Assembly: GCA_905176665.1 (NCBI GenBank)
Contig: CAJINA010000005.1
Coordinates: 33,346-97,345 of the forward strand
Direction: 5' to 3'
Source: Olavius algarvensis Delta 4 endosymbiont
GTDB taxonomy: Bacteria; Desulfobacterota; Desulfobacteria; Desulfobacterales; CAJINA01
Length of the DNA stretch: 64,000 nucleotides
Below, piece by piece: positions 1 through 9,909 of the stretch. The position numbers and the translations under genes are program-made. The notes beneath the pieces were generated by a model, which made no database searches, was not told the origin of the DNA, and saw only the letters and a list, made by a program, of their open reading frames with translations. The first letter of the stretch is position 1. Every line of letters begins with the position of its first letter.

Positions 1-890
1 TTGCGCATATAGGCCTGGATCTCATCTCCCGTGAGGATGCTTTGCTTCAGTTCGGTATCCGTGCGTCTGACCGGTCCGGTGATCGCCCGGCGGTGCCGGT
101 TTACCTGGGTGAGCAGGTCGCGTCTTAAAATCCGGGCGGCATGGTTGGTGGAGATGCCGCGAATGCCCAAATCATTGAGGAAGTCCTTCAAGTTCACCGG
201 GTCGGTAATTTCTATAAATGCTTTTCCCGGGTTTTTGAAGATCGTTGCCAGACGTCTCAATATCCCCGGGTCCTGCTCCGGACCGAAGAAGACGTCCACT
301 ATGGATGGTATGGCCGGCAGCGGCGCTTTTCCAAAGAATATCACCTGGGGTACCAGGAATATCGGCCGCTGGGTCTCCTGCTGGAGCTGCAGTAAAAACG
401 CGAAAGGGTCCGTTTCCGATTTCACAAAGCGTCGGCGAAAGTCGCGTTTGCTGACCAGGGACAAAAAGGCGGCTTTGCCCTTCTTCAATTCGCCGGCCAG
501 GTAGCCGTTATCGAGCGGCGAAAGCAGTTCCTTCTTTTTTACCAGCCGCAAGCTGCCGGCCAGCATGATGCGCAGCATCCGCAACACCGGCTGCAGAAAA
601 AGAATGCTGTAGTAGAAACCCAGGGTCGGATAAGGCAGGCCCATTTGCCGGTAGCGCATGTAGTAGAGCAGATACTGAAAGCTGCTTTTTTGTTTGGCGA
701 CATAGACGGTAATGGCGTCTTCGGGCAGCTTGTTTAGAACGGCGAGCTGCTCATCTTCAATCCTGATTCCCGAAAAAAAACGCTCCAGGAAAAAGCCGGT
801 CAAAAAGCCGGGCTTGTCCGGCAGTTCCAAGCTGTAGTGATTATAAGTCCCCTGGAGGAACCTTATGATCCAGTTCGTTTTAGAAGGCAT
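1..890 (-). CDS. glycerol-3-phosphate acyltransferase (PlsB-like), N-terminal part, runs off the window
   Basis: Manual translation from ATG at 890 is open to the window edge (MPSKTNWIIRFLQGTYNHY...RPIFLVPQVIFFGKAP...RHRRAITGPVRR). It resembles the long deltaproteobacterial PlsB N-terminus; catalytic motifs lie outside the window. Confidence 0.65.
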   Translation of the reverse strand, partial: MPSKTNWIIRFLQGTYNHYSLELPDKPGFLTGFFLERFFSGIRIEDEQLAVLNKLPEDAITVYVAKQKSSFQYLLYYMRYRQMGLPYPTLGFYYSILFLQPVLRMLRIMLAGSLRLVKKKELLSPLDNGYLAGELKKGKAAFLSLVSKRDFRRRFVKSETDPFAFLLQLQQETQRPIFLVPQVIFFGKAPLPAIPSIVDVFFGPEQDPGILRRLATIFKNPGKAFIEITDPVNLKDFLNDLGIRGISTNHAARILRRDLLTQVNRHRRAITGPVRRTDTELKQSILTGDEIQAYMR

Positions 891-963
891 GGTTAATATA
901 GGCTATTAGGCTGTAGGCTGAAGACTGAAGGTCAAGCCTCGAACCTGATCGGGCCTGCCGGCG

Positions 964-1149
964 TTATCGATCGTTTTCTTTGCGGCCATGATGGACCAGC
1001 ATTAATTTTTCCACGATGAGCTGTTTGAGGCTTTCCATGGCGGTCAGCGCCATTTCATACTCCTCAATCTCTGCGGCCTTGCGAATGGTCGCCAGGTAGC
1101 TCTCCATGGTCTTTTTGTCTGTGGTGGACAGAGACGTCTGCTTTTTCAT
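964..1149 (-). CDS. small hypothetical helical protein
   Basis: 61-aa ORF whose ATG overlaps the stop of the upstream methyltransferase (ATGA coupling). Confidence 0.6.
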   Translation of the reverse strand: MKKQTSLSTTDKKTMESYLATIRKAAEIEEYEMALTAMESLKQLIVEKLMLVHHGRKENDR

Positions 1150-1700
1150 GGTTTTTTCCCTACCAGCGACGCCAGGCGGGCCGGTGTATCCTCACACCCG
1201 CTGTCAGTTTCAGCGTAATGCAGGATATCCAAAGTTGCAAAAGCGTCCCGCAGTTCGTTTGCCTCGAGCAGATATTCTCTTTTGAAGCCCCTGTCCAGTG
1301 CTTTATTGGATGCATGCATAAAAGTTTCGAAGATAAGCAGGCCGCCTGGTTTCAAGGCCCTGATAATTTGAGGAAAAAGCCGTCGATTGAGGTATCGTAG
1401 ATTGACAATCAGGCTATAGTGGGCAACCGTCAGATCAAAGACGTCGAGATCGGTGCAGATGACTCGGATACCCGGATGCCGTTTTGCAAATTGCGCCAGG
1501 GCCACATCCGATATATCCACGGCGTCCACCTGAAAACCCGTGTTCGCCAGGTAAAGGCTCACTGCCCCGGTACCACAGGCAATGTCCAGGGCGAGGCCGG
1601 CGGGCGCGTGACCGCAGAAATCCCGGACGATATCAGGAATCAATTTTCCCGGGGCTTTTTCCGCGTGTTTTTTATTCCACTTTATTCGATCTTGCTTCAA
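1146..1700 (-). CDS. class I SAM-dependent methyltransferase (TehB-like)
   Basis: ALDIACGTG motif I, VDAVDIS, LKPGGLLIFE. Confidence 0.85.
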   Translation of the reverse strand: MKQDRIKWNKKHAEKAPGKLIPDIVRDFCGHAPAGLALDIACGTGAVSLYLANTGFQVDAVDISDVALAQFAKRHPGIRVICTDLDVFDLTVAHYSLIVNLRYLNRRLFPQIIRALKPGGLLIFETFMHASNKALDRGFKREYLLEANELRDAFATLDILHYAETDSGCEDTPARLASLVGKKP

Positions 1701-1705
1701 TCCTT

Positions 1706-2212
1706 TTACCCAGATTTGTTGGTGGCAGGTTGCGGCCCGCTACCCTTATCGGCCGAAAGTTCCTGCGCGAGATATTTGGCTAAAAATTCACGGGTAGTGG
1801 CATTGATATCCAGATTGTTCAGATTTTTGAAAGGTATCCAGGCCGCCTGAGCGGCATCGTCGCCCGGCATGAGATCTCCATCCAGGTATTCGGCGGCCAG
1901 GTCCACTATAATATAGTGAAAACGAATGGCACCTTCCCGGTCATGTTCAATAAAATCGAAGGTATAAACCGGCTCCCGGGCCACAATGCGGATGTTGGTT
2001 TCTTCGAAAATCTCCCTTTCTGCCGCCTGCTGGAGACTTTCACCCAGCTCCACGCTGCCGCCGGGTATGGCCCACTTGCCGTTCGAGGGCGCTTTCCCAC
2101 GTTTTACCAAAAGGACCGCTCTGTCTTTAAGGACGATGGCGCCCACGGCCACGCGGGGTGTCTGCGGATAACGGGTGTCGACTGCATTCATTGGATTTAT
2201 TTCGTTTGTCAC
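1706..2212 (-). CDS. NUDIX hydrolase (ADP-ribose pyrophosphatase-like)
   Basis: Nudix box GGSVELGESLQQAAEREIFEETNI. Confidence 0.9.
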   Translation of the reverse strand: MTNEINPMNAVDTRYPQTPRVAVGAIVLKDRAVLLVKRGKAPSNGKWAIPGGSVELGESLQQAAEREIFEETNIRIVAREPVYTFDFIEHDREGAIRFHYIIVDLAAEYLDGDLMPGDDAAQAAWIPFKNLNNLDINATTREFLAKYLAQELSADKGSGPQPATNKSG

Positions 2213-2261
2213 CTACAGCACTTCAGATCGTTTTAATCATCTGGCATGCAGTGAAATATAT

Positions 2262-2483
2262 TAGAAGCAATCTCAAGAAACCGATTTTGGTTCAAGCTAC
2301 GGCGGACGCTACAGTCGAACCGGAGGTGCCGGCGCAGCCAATGCCCATCGTGGTAAATACCCCAGTATTTCGAGAGGTTGGTCCGCCCTACCATTAGCTA
2401 TATTCCTGACGGAGGCGATTTACTCGCCAATTTAGCGTTCAACGCCGAAACGGGGCCAAAAGACTTTTTTGAGATTGCTTCTA
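2262..2483. repeat. palindromic MITE-like element, copy A
   Basis: Perfect terminal inverted repeat TAGAAGCAATCTCAA / TTGAGATTGCTTCTA; internal blocks shared with the other copies. Confidence 0.8.
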
Positions 2484-3134
2484 CAACCACTCTGCCAGAG
2501 CCGCCGGTGTGACGGCCAGCAACTTGGCGCCGGCTTCGCTCAGTTCATGGGAGGTTCGCAAGCCCCAGAGCGCACCGACCGGATACATCCCGGCTGCCTG
2601 GGCCGTCTGCATGTCTACGGGCATATCCCCCATGAAGATGCATTCTTCCGGTTCTACACCCATTTGCCCGGCCATTAATTCTGCGCCCAGGGGGTCGGGT
2701 TTTTTAGGAGTATTGGGTCGCGCGCCATGAACGGCTGCAAAGATTTCCGGGAGTAGGAAATGATCGACAGTGGCCTGGGTGGCATCATCCGGCTTGTTGG
2801 ACAAAATGCCCATTTTGAGTCCGATCGCCTCGCAGCGGTTAAGCAGGCTGGCAATACCGGGATAGGGGCGGGTTTTGGCCGCCCAGTTCCGGCTGTAAAC
2901 CTTTTGCATGGCAGCCAGGCATATCTTGAGATTCTCCGGCCGGCGCCTATCTTCAGGAAGCGCCCGTTTTACCAGGACATCCATACCGTCGCCGATAAAG
3001 TATCGATAGGCTGCCACAGGGTGGGGGGGGAATCCGGCCTTCTCCAATACCATGTTCATCGAGTCGGCAATGTCTGCCATGCTGTCCAGGAGGGTGCCGT
3101 CCAGATCGAAAATAATCGCTTTGAATCGGCTCAT
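2481..3134 (-). CDS. HAD family hydrolase (phosphoglycolate phosphatase-like)
   Basis: FDLDGTLLDS motif I, LSNK, KKPDP, GDMPVD. Confidence 0.9.
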   Translation of the reverse strand: MSRFKAIIFDLDGTLLDSMADIADSMNMVLEKAGFPPHPVAAYRYFIGDGMDVLVKRALPEDRRRPENLKICLAAMQKVYSRNWAAKTRPYPGIASLLNRCEAIGLKMGILSNKPDDATQATVDHFLLPEIFAAVHGARPNTPKKPDPLGAELMAGQMGVEPEECIFMGDMPVDMQTAQAAGMYPVGALWGLRTSHELSEAGAKLLAVTPAALAEWL

Positions 3135-3277
3135 GCATCTTCACATAACGGTAAATGGATGGGGACTCAACGTTTTTTTAGCTGAGCGGTTTCCAGAGGG
3201 TGGCAGATGAAGGTGGTCTTCAGGGGCGCAAATATAATTTCAGTAGGTCTATCATTCTGCAATGACCTGCCAGACGG

Positions 3278-4132
3278 TCAGGCTGCGATCCGCTCTTGCA
3301 GCCAGGCCGTTAGAGCAGCGATGACTGTTTGCCGATCCGCTGCCGTTTCGTTATAGATTTCGTGGAAAAGATCTTGGAAGACGGTCAATTGCCGGTCCGG
3401 CATCACCAGCTGTTCAAAAAAATGCTCCACCGCCTTGGTACTCACCAGGCGGTCATCACTGGCGGCCTGTATCAAAGTGGGTAGTTGCAGTTCGGCGGCA
3501 TGGTTGAAAACCTGCTCGATGGCCGTCATAAATTGAACGTACCAGTTGGTGGTAACCCGGTCATGGACCAGTGGATCGGCCATATAACGCGCTACCGTGT
3601 CCGGATCGCGGCTGACATGATGAGGATCGAGTTCATTGTTGATACCCAGCCGGGGCGCCACGCGTGCCAAACAGCGCAAGGCTACTTTTTTATAGGTCGG
3701 CACGTGTGCGGCTACGCCTACGGCCGGTGACGAGAGAACCAGGCCGGCAAGCCGTTCCTGATATTTCAGGGCCGTCAGGATGGAAACCAGTCCGCCCATA
3801 CTATGCCCCAGCAGGAACAGGGGTGCCTTATCCGCATGTTCTATCCGGGCCTGATCCAGGATGTCGCCGACGTCCCGAGCGTAATCATCAAAAGAGTCGA
3901 CATGCCCTCGTTTTCCGCCCGACTGACCGTGTCCTCTCAAATCAAGGATCCAGAAAGAAAAACCAATGTCGGCCAGGTGATCTGCCAGTTCCAGGTAACG
4001 ACCTGAGTGTTCACCCAGACCGTGGACGATCACCATGCGGGCTTTTTCAGCATCAGCCCGATAGCGCCTGAAAAATAGAGGTGGATGTTGAGCACGTTCC
4101 AGTATCGTCTCAGATAGATCAGCAGCACGCAT
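3278..4132 (-). CDS. alpha/beta hydrolase, lysophospholipase/monoacylglycerol lipase family
   Basis: VHGLGEHSGRY, DLRGHGQS, nucleophile motif GHSMGG, FHEIYNE. Confidence 0.9.
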   Translation of the reverse strand: MRAADLSETILERAQHPPLFFRRYRADAEKARMVIVHGLGEHSGRYLELADHLADIGFSFWILDLRGHGQSGGKRGHVDSFDDYARDVGDILDQARIEHADKAPLFLLGHSMGGLVSILTALKYQERLAGLVLSSPAVGVAAHVPTYKKVALRCLARVAPRLGINNELDPHHVSRDPDTVARYMADPLVHDRVTTNWYVQFMTAIEQVFNHAAELQLPTLIQAASDDRLVSTKAVEHFFEQLVMPDRQLTVFQDLFHEIYNETAADRQTVIAALTAWLQERIAA

Positions 4133-4151
4133 TGATAGGCTCCCCCTCGTC

Positions 4152-4346
4152 TAGAAGCTATCTCAGAAAACAGATTTTGGCCCAAGGTGCGGCGGTCGCG
4201 AGGAGCCCCGCATTGCGGGACTTCCCGCTGAATATATTCCTCAAAAGTGGGTCGTAAACCTGAGGAATACATCAGGTATTTTGAGGTTTTATTCTGAGCG
4301 CCCAACGCCGAGATTGGGTCAAAAGAGTTTTATGAGGTGGCTTCTT
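4152..4346. repeat. palindromic MITE-like element, copy B
   Basis: Termini TAGAAGCTATCTCA / TGAGGTGGCTTCT; core GAGGAATAC...GTATTTTGAGG and CAACGCCGAGATTGG. Confidence 0.8.
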
Positions 4347-4429
4347 AGTCCTCCCCCGATGACCAACGATTGGCACGGGGTATTAACAGCGCCGATTCCG
4401 ACTGTCAACTAGATTAAATTTGATGCGGC

Positions 4430-5068
4430 TCACGGCTTGGATCGCGATAGTGATTCTTTCTGCCAGATCGGCAAGTCTTCCGGGACATCAACATCCGCCA
4501 ATTCCTCCAGCAAACGTGATTGCAAGCCAGCGGCAGCAACCAGTTGCAGCGTCTTATCCAGAACAGTGGCCGCGCCCCACTGAGGGCCCTGGAACAATTG
4601 GCGGCCGGCTGCAAATGCTCGGCGCTGCATGCCGATCAGATAGTATCCGCCGTCACGGGAAGGACCAAACACCACGTCGGCCTGGTCCAGGCCAGCGTAG
4701 GCGTTTTCAATGGTGCTGGCGGCAATGCCGGGAATATCGGTACCCATGAGAACGGCCTGGGCGACACCCTTTTTAAAGGCGCTGGCGAATGCCTGAGACA
4801 TCCGGACGCCCAGGCTGCCGTTGCCTTGGGGCTGGTAATCATATCCGGCGCCCAACCACGCCTGCATCCGGTCCCGATCACCACCTTCAAATCGAATTTC
4901 AACGTTCAATGCGGGAAACAGTTGGGCCCGTCTGACCCGCTTGAGGGCATGCTCAGTCATTTGGCGTTGGAGCCGGGCAGCACCCTCAGCTCCCAATACG
5001 GGGATCAGGCGGGTCTTGGTGACCCCCGCCAAAGGAAAACGAGTGAATATGATTAACCGGCGATTCAC
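4430..5068 (-). CDS. TIGR04282/DUF2064-like CofC-fold transferase
   Basis: IFTRFPLAGVTKTRL, QGNGSLGVRM, GTDIPG, GPSRDGGYYLIG, DVDVPEDL. Confidence 0.85.
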   Translation of the reverse strand: MNRRLIIFTRFPLAGVTKTRLIPVLGAEGAARLQRQMTEHALKRVRRAQLFPALNVEIRFEGGDRDRMQAWLGAGYDYQPQGNGSLGVRMSQAFASAFKKGVAQAVLMGTDIPGIAASTIENAYAGLDQADVVFGPSRDGGYYLIGMQRRAFAAGRQLFQGPQWGAATVLDKTLQLVAAAGLQSRLLEELADVDVPEDLPIWQKESLSRSKP

Positions 5069-5168
5069 GGAATTCTCCAGTGTGACAACTGCGTTGCTGT
5101 CTTCGACAACTGTCTATATCAATCTGAAATTAAAGTCAAATTGACTCTATCGGCTGCCATGAGCAAGG

Positions 5169-5247
5169 GTGGCGGGCAGCGCACGCCAGGAACCCTGCGG
5201 TCATCTCGTATGGCACATCCAGGGTCCCGTGGCCGTGGGCCCGCTAC
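5169..5247. repeat. long imperfect hairpin, REP/REPIN-like
   Basis: GTGGCGGGC...GCCCGCTAC outer stem with nested ACCCTG/CAGGGT stem; GTAG/GTGG ends. Confidence 0.5.
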
Positions 5248-5281
5248 AATTCCGGGCGCCCTCGGAAGGGGCGTATTCGGC

Positions 5282-5309
5282 TTGACACCACTATATTTTT
5301 ATTTATAGT
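5282..5309 (+). promoter_or_regulatory. putative sigma70 promoter for mlaC-mlaA
   Basis: TTGACA-16 nt-TATAGT upstream of the ORF at 5466. Confidence 0.5.
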
Positions 5310-5465
5310 CTTGCCGAAATTTGTAGTATATAAAGATGATTGCCTGGGCAAAGCAGCAATTGGCGAGCAGCACGCATGTTCCAACCCGGCTAGCGCTGTG
5401 ACCCGATTCCCGGGAATCAATCCATGTGAATATCCTGTGCGGGTATAGATTAAAAGGGAGTCAGT

Positions 5466-6095
5466 ATGAAAAGAACATGTTTAACCTGCCTTCTTATCCT
5501 GATGGGGCTCATCATGTTTGGGGCGCCGCTTGCGGCGGTGGCTGGTCCGGCCACCGAGGCGGTCCGGCAACCGATCAATGACGGGATTGCGCTGTTGCGA
5601 GATCAAGCGGTTGAAACCGATGACCAGCGACGCGAGCAAGCGGACAGAATCTGGGAGATCCTGAGCCAGGCTTTTGACCTAAAGTTGATCTCGGCGCTGG
5701 CTCTGGGTAGCAAGAGCTGGAAAAGATTTTCACCTGCAGAGCGCGCGGAATTTATCGATGTCTTTACCCGGTTGCTGGGCAACACCTATATCACCAAGAT
5801 ACAGGGGGAATATAAGGATGAGGAGGTATTGTTTGTCGGAGAAGAAGTGGTTTCGAAAAAAAAGGCCGTTGTAAAAACCATTATCAAAAGACAGGATATC
5901 GAAATTCCGGTAAATTTCAAAGTGCGCTTTAAAAAAGGCGAGTGGAAGGTTTACGATATCAATGTCGAAGGCATTGGCCTGGTATTGAATTATCGCCGCC
6001 AGTTCAACACATTCCTGTCGAAAAAGGAGGAAACCCCGGGAAGCCTGATAACCGAACTGAAAGGTAAGCTTGAGCCCAAAGCGAGCGAGAATTGA
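5466..6095 (+). CDS. mlaC: phospholipid-binding periplasmic protein MlaC/Ttg2D
   Basis: Signal peptide; WKVYDINVEGIGLVLNYRRQF signature. Confidence 0.9.
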   Translation: MKRTCLTCLLILMGLIMFGAPLAAVAGPATEAVRQPINDGIALLRDQAVETDDQRREQADRIWEILSQAFDLKLISALALGSKSWKRFSPAERAEFIDVFTRLLGNTYITKIQGEYKDEEVLFVGEEVVSKKKAVVKTIIKRQDIEIPVNFKVRFKKGEWKVYDINVEGIGLVLNYRRQFNTFLSKKEETPGSLITELKGKLEPKASEN

Positions 6096-6925
6096 ATCGT
6101 CTTAAAATTATAGTAATATTAGGCGTTATGTTGCTTGCCGGGCCGGTTGTATTGCCGGCTCCTTTTTTTGCAGCTGAGACCGCGGATACCGAGTCTAAGT
6201 CAGGCCGCGAAGTTGAGGATGAGGAACTCATCGAAGATGAGGAGTTCCTGGATGATGAGGAGTTCCTGGATGATGAGGAATTTTCAGACGAAGATCTGGC
6301 GCCGGGCGGCAGTGACGCGGTGGCTGTGCCGGACCCGCTGCGACCCGTCAACTATGCCATCTACCTTTTCAACGATAAAGTCTATTTCTGGGCCCTCAAG
6401 CCGGTAGCCAAGGGATATAGGGTGGTCGTACCGGCTGAGATCCGTATTTGTACCCTTAATTTTTTCAACAACTTATGGGCGCCAGTCCGTTTCACTAATT
6501 GCCTGCTGCAGGGCAAGTTTAAAAATGCGGCCGGAGAGTTCGGTAAGTTTTTCATCAACACCACCGTCGGGGGGCTGGGCCTGGGGGATGTGGCCCAGCG
6601 TTACCCGGAACTCAACCCGCCGGAGGAGGATTTTGGACAGACTCTGGGCTACTGGGGGTTCGGGAACGGCTTTTACCTCGTTTTGCCGGTGCTGGGACCT
6701 TCCACGCTGCGCGACGCGGTTGGCCGCTTGGGCAATTGGGCCGTGGATCCGCTTTCCTACATAGAACCCTGGGAGCCCTCCCTCGGGGTTTGGGCCCTCA
6801 AAAATGTGAACTCGACCTCTTTCAGGATAGGCGACTACGAGACCATCAAGGATGCGGCCATCGATCCTTATGGGGCGTTCCGGGATGGGTACATACAGTT
6901 TCGCCGGACAAAGGTCGCCCAATAG
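6092..6925 (+). CDS. mlaA: MlaA/VacJ family phospholipid transport protein
   Basis: DPLRPVNYAIYLFND, INTTVGGLGLGDVA, EDFGQTLGYWG, LPVLGPSTLRD. Confidence 0.92.
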   Translation: MNRLKIIVILGVMLLAGPVVLPAPFFAAETADTESKSGREVEDEELIEDEEFLDDEEFLDDEEFSDEDLAPGGSDAVAVPDPLRPVNYAIYLFNDKVYFWALKPVAKGYRVVVPAEIRICTLNFFNNLWAPVRFTNCLLQGKFKNAAGEFGKFFINTTVGGLGLGDVAQRYPELNPPEEDFGQTLGYWGFGNGFYLVLPVLGPSTLRDAVGRLGNWAVDPLSYIEPWEPSLGVWALKNVNSTSFRIGDYETIKDAAIDPYGAFRDGYIQFRRTKVAQ

Positions 6926-6927
6926 GG

Positions 6928-7385
6928 GGAGACCGGCCACAGGGGGCATCTTTTGGCCCGGGGCTGCGGTCTCGCCTTTTTCCACCCCTCAACGTAGCCC
7001 GCTACGCCTCGGGCTGCAAAAATGGCTGCGGTCTTGCCTCGAACCAAAAGCTACCCCCTGTGGCCGGTCTCCACGATTTAGACAGGGGGCATCTTTTGGC
7101 CCGGGGCCGCGTTCTCGCCTTTTTCCATCCCTCAACGTAGCGCGTTACGCCTCGGGCTGAAAAAATGGCTGCGGCCTTGCCCCGAACCAAAAGCTACCCC
7201 CTGTGGCCGGTCCCCGCAATTTAGGCAGGGGGCATCTTCATATACGAATACCCTTATTACACGATGACGGATCGGCCCAGAGCGGCGTTTTCACATTTTT
7301 TAGATCCTCAACATAGCGTCTGCTATGCCTGCGGTCTCAAAAACGTTCAAGCCTTGCTCTGAACCAAAAGCTACTACTTGTGTGC
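6928..7385. repeat. tandem 143-bp palindromic units related to the MITE-like family
   Basis: CAGGGGGCATC recurs at 6940, 7083 and 7226; unit bounded by GGAGACCGGCCACAGGGG / CCCCTGTGGCCGGTCTCC; a degenerate unit follows at about 7262-7385. Confidence 0.85.
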
Positions 7386-7723
7386 GAACACCGCGTTAAG
7401 ATAGGTCATCCTCATGTACGGTGTAGCTTTCAGGAGAAGACGGATTGGCCCGGTGCTGCTTTCCCGCCTTTTATCAGCCCTCAATTTTTGGCACACCCCG
7501 TTAATCTCGGTTTCTTTCCACCTTAAAATGGGACGATATTGGATTGTTGAACGGTTTAAAATGGGCCTTTAAATTTGATTCATTTATTGGGTCTGATTTC
7601 GCCTGCCAGGGGATGCAAAAGGACAAATACCTTGATAGAAAAATAGCCCGTAACTGCCCGGTTTTATTCTTGACAAACAGTTTGAATTTAATATGTTGAG
7701 GGGTCACGTTGATATAATAACCC

Positions 7724-7912
7724 AGAAGCGGTTTCAAAACCTTCAATCGGGTTCAAGGCAAGGCGGCCGTGAGGTTCAACCTGGAGGAATACGCGAGCAT
7801 TTTTTGGTTAACGCGGGAGGTTGCGCCTATCGGCTTTAAACCCGGCACTTCGCGCTGAACTGAACGTCCAACATCGAAATTGGGCTCGCGGGGAGGTTTT
7901 GAAACCGCTTCT
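7724..7912. repeat. palindromic MITE-like element, copy C, directly upstream of serA
   Basis: Perfect 19-bp inverted repeat AGAAGCGGTTTCAAAACCT / AGGTTTTGAAACCGCTTCT. Confidence 0.8.
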
Positions 7913-7935
7913 AATCAAAAGCCGAGGGAGAGATA

Positions 7936-9516
7936 ATGAAAGTTTTGGTAAGCGACATGCTGGGTGAGATCGGGATCGAAATGTTTGAAAAGGAAGCGGG
8001 TATCGAGGTGGATTTGAAGACCGGCCTGTCCCCGGAGGAATTGAAAAGCATTATCGGGGGGTATGACGGTTTGGTGATCAGAAGCGCCACCAAGGTTACC
8101 GAGGATCTCCTTTCGGCGGCTGACAACCTCAAAGTCGTAGGCCGGGCCGGCATCGGGCTGGACAATGTTGATATTCCCGCAGCCTCCAAGCGCGGTGTCG
8201 TCGTGATGAATACACCCGGTGGAAATGTGGTCACCACTGCCGAGCATGCGATTGCCATGATGCTGTCTTTATCCCGCAACATCCCCGAAGGCACGGCCTC
8301 CCTCAAGGATGGACGCTGGGATAAGAAAAAGCTGCAAGGCCGTGAGATTTATAACAAAGTCCTGGGCATCATTGGTTACGGCAAGATCGGTTCCATTGTC
8401 GCCGACCGCGCCCGGGGGCTCAAGATGAAAGTTCTTGTGCACGATCCCTTCGTGGCTCCCGACCAAGTAGAAAAGGCGGGGTTCGAATTTGCATCCTTGA
8501 ATGACTTGTATGCCCAAGCCGATTATATCTCCATCCACGTGCCGAAACTGAAGGACACCATCGGTCTGATTGATAAAGACGCTTTTGCCAGGATGAAAGA
8601 CGGGGTGATGCTGGTCAACTGTGCCCGGGGCGGCATCGTCAATGAAGCGGATCTCTGCGAAGCCATGCAGTCTGGGAAGGTGGCCGGAGCGGCCCTGGAT
8701 GTTTTCAAAACCGAGCCGCCGGAAGAATCGCCCCTGTTTGCTCTCGAGCGCTTTATCTGCACGCCGCACCTGGGGGCTTCGACCCGTGAAGCCCAGACCA
8801 ATGTTGCGGTAGCCGTAGCCGACCAGATTATCGATTATTTGAAAAACGGTACCATCCGAAATGCGGTCAATGTTCCTTCGGTAACGGGTGAACTGCTTGA
8901 AAAGCTGGGTCCCTTTCTGGATATCGGCGACAAGATCGGCTGCCTGCAGGCCCAGTTGCTCTGTGGGCCCCTCAAAGAGGTTGTTATCGAATATGTAGGT
9001 GATTTCAAGGAGATGGACCTCTCGCCGGTTACCACGGCTGCCTTGCGGGGCCTGCTTTTGCCCGAAGTCAAGGACGGCGTCAACTTCGTTAATGCTCGCA
9101 TCATTGCCAAGGAAAGGGGCATCAAGGTTACCGAGACCGAAACGGCTGATTCCGATGAATATAATAACATGATCACGGTGAAGGTGGTTTCCACCGAAGC
9201 GACCAGCACTGTGTCCGGAACGATTTTTGGAAAACGGGACCCCCGGATTGTACGGATCAATTCATTCCGGTTGGAAATGGTCCCCACTGGTCACCTGGCC
9301 CTGATTTACAACATAGACAGACCGGGTTCCATTGGTGAGATCGGGACCACCCTGGGCAACCACAGTATCAACATCGGCCGGATGCAGGTGGGGCAGGAAG
9401 AGCAAGGCGACAACAATATTATCTTCCTGTGTACGGACACCCCCATTCCGGATGAGGTGTTCAGCGAACTCCGGGACCTGGCATCGGTCAAAACAGCCAT
9501 TCCGCTCGAATTTTAG
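7936..9516 (+). CDS. serA: D-3-phosphoglycerate dehydrogenase (type I, ASB and ACT domains)
   Basis: GRAGIGLDNVD, GIIGYGKIG, NCARGGIV, TPHLGAST, C-terminal ACT-like DRPGSIG. Confidence 0.96.
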   Translation: MKVLVSDMLGEIGIEMFEKEAGIEVDLKTGLSPEELKSIIGGYDGLVIRSATKVTEDLLSAADNLKVVGRAGIGLDNVDIPAASKRGVVVMNTPGGNVVTTAEHAIAMMLSLSRNIPEGTASLKDGRWDKKKLQGREIYNKVLGIIGYGKIGSIVADRARGLKMKVLVHDPFVAPDQVEKAGFEFASLNDLYAQADYISIHVPKLKDTIGLIDKDAFARMKDGVMLVNCARGGIVNEADLCEAMQSGKVAGAALDVFKTEPPEESPLFALERFICTPHLGASTREAQTNVAVAVADQIIDYLKNGTIRNAVNVPSVTGELLEKLGPFLDIGDKIGCLQAQLLCGPLKEVVIEYVGDFKEMDLSPVTTAALRGLLLPEVKDGVNFVNARIIAKERGIKVTETETADSDEYNNMITVKVVSTEATSTVSGTIFGKRDPRIVRINSFRLEMVPTGHLALIYNIDRPGSIGEIGTTLGNHSINIGRMQVGQEEQGDNNIIFLCTDTPIPDEVFSELRDLASVKTAIPLEF

Positions 9517-9564
9517 AGAAATCAGACGGTTATTAAGACGCCGTTTTTCAGGGGAGGGAATATC

Positions 9565-9909
9565 ATGACAGAGCAGAAAGACGATCAGCAGGGATTCATC
9601 ATGAAGGATGCACCTGAAGAGACCGTGGCAGAAGATGCGGCCCAACCGGAAGATCATATTCCGCTGCCGGAGATCAATTTTTCCATCTTCGTGGTTTCCC
9701 TGAATGCGTCCGCCCTCATACACCTGGGGCTGATGGAGGATCCCATCCAGGGGGAAAAGGTCAAAAACCTGGAGCTGGGCAAACAAACCATCGATATCCT
9801 GGTGATGCTTGAGGAGAAGACCAAGGGCAACCTGTCTACCGAGGAGGAGAAGCTGCTGCAGAACATCCTGTATGATCTGCGCATCAACTATGTAAAGCAG
9901 AGTCAGTAG
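9565..9909 (+). CDS. DUF1844 family protein
   Basis: INFSIFVVSL..ALIHLG, KQTIDILVMLEEKTKGNL. Confidence 0.85.
   Translation: MTEQKDDQQGFIMKDAPEETVAEDAAQPEDHIPLPEINFSIFVVSLNASALIHLGLMEDPIQGEKVKNLELGKQTIDILVMLEEKTKGNLSTEEEKLLQNILYDLRINYVKQSQ

Noticed and set aside
31-504. Plus-strand ORFs at the window start
   Set aside because: They overlap the open minus-strand plsB-like frame, which the ORF track missed because it has no stop in the window.
5169-5247. SRP RNA, tRNA-Sec or riboswitch
   Set aside because: Lacks the SRP helix 8 motif, a tRNA T-loop and any aptamer consensus I recognise; kept only as a REP-like hairpin.
6928-7385. Possible CRISPR array
   Set aside because: Units are 143 bp and repeated over their whole length with no unique spacers; no cas genes.
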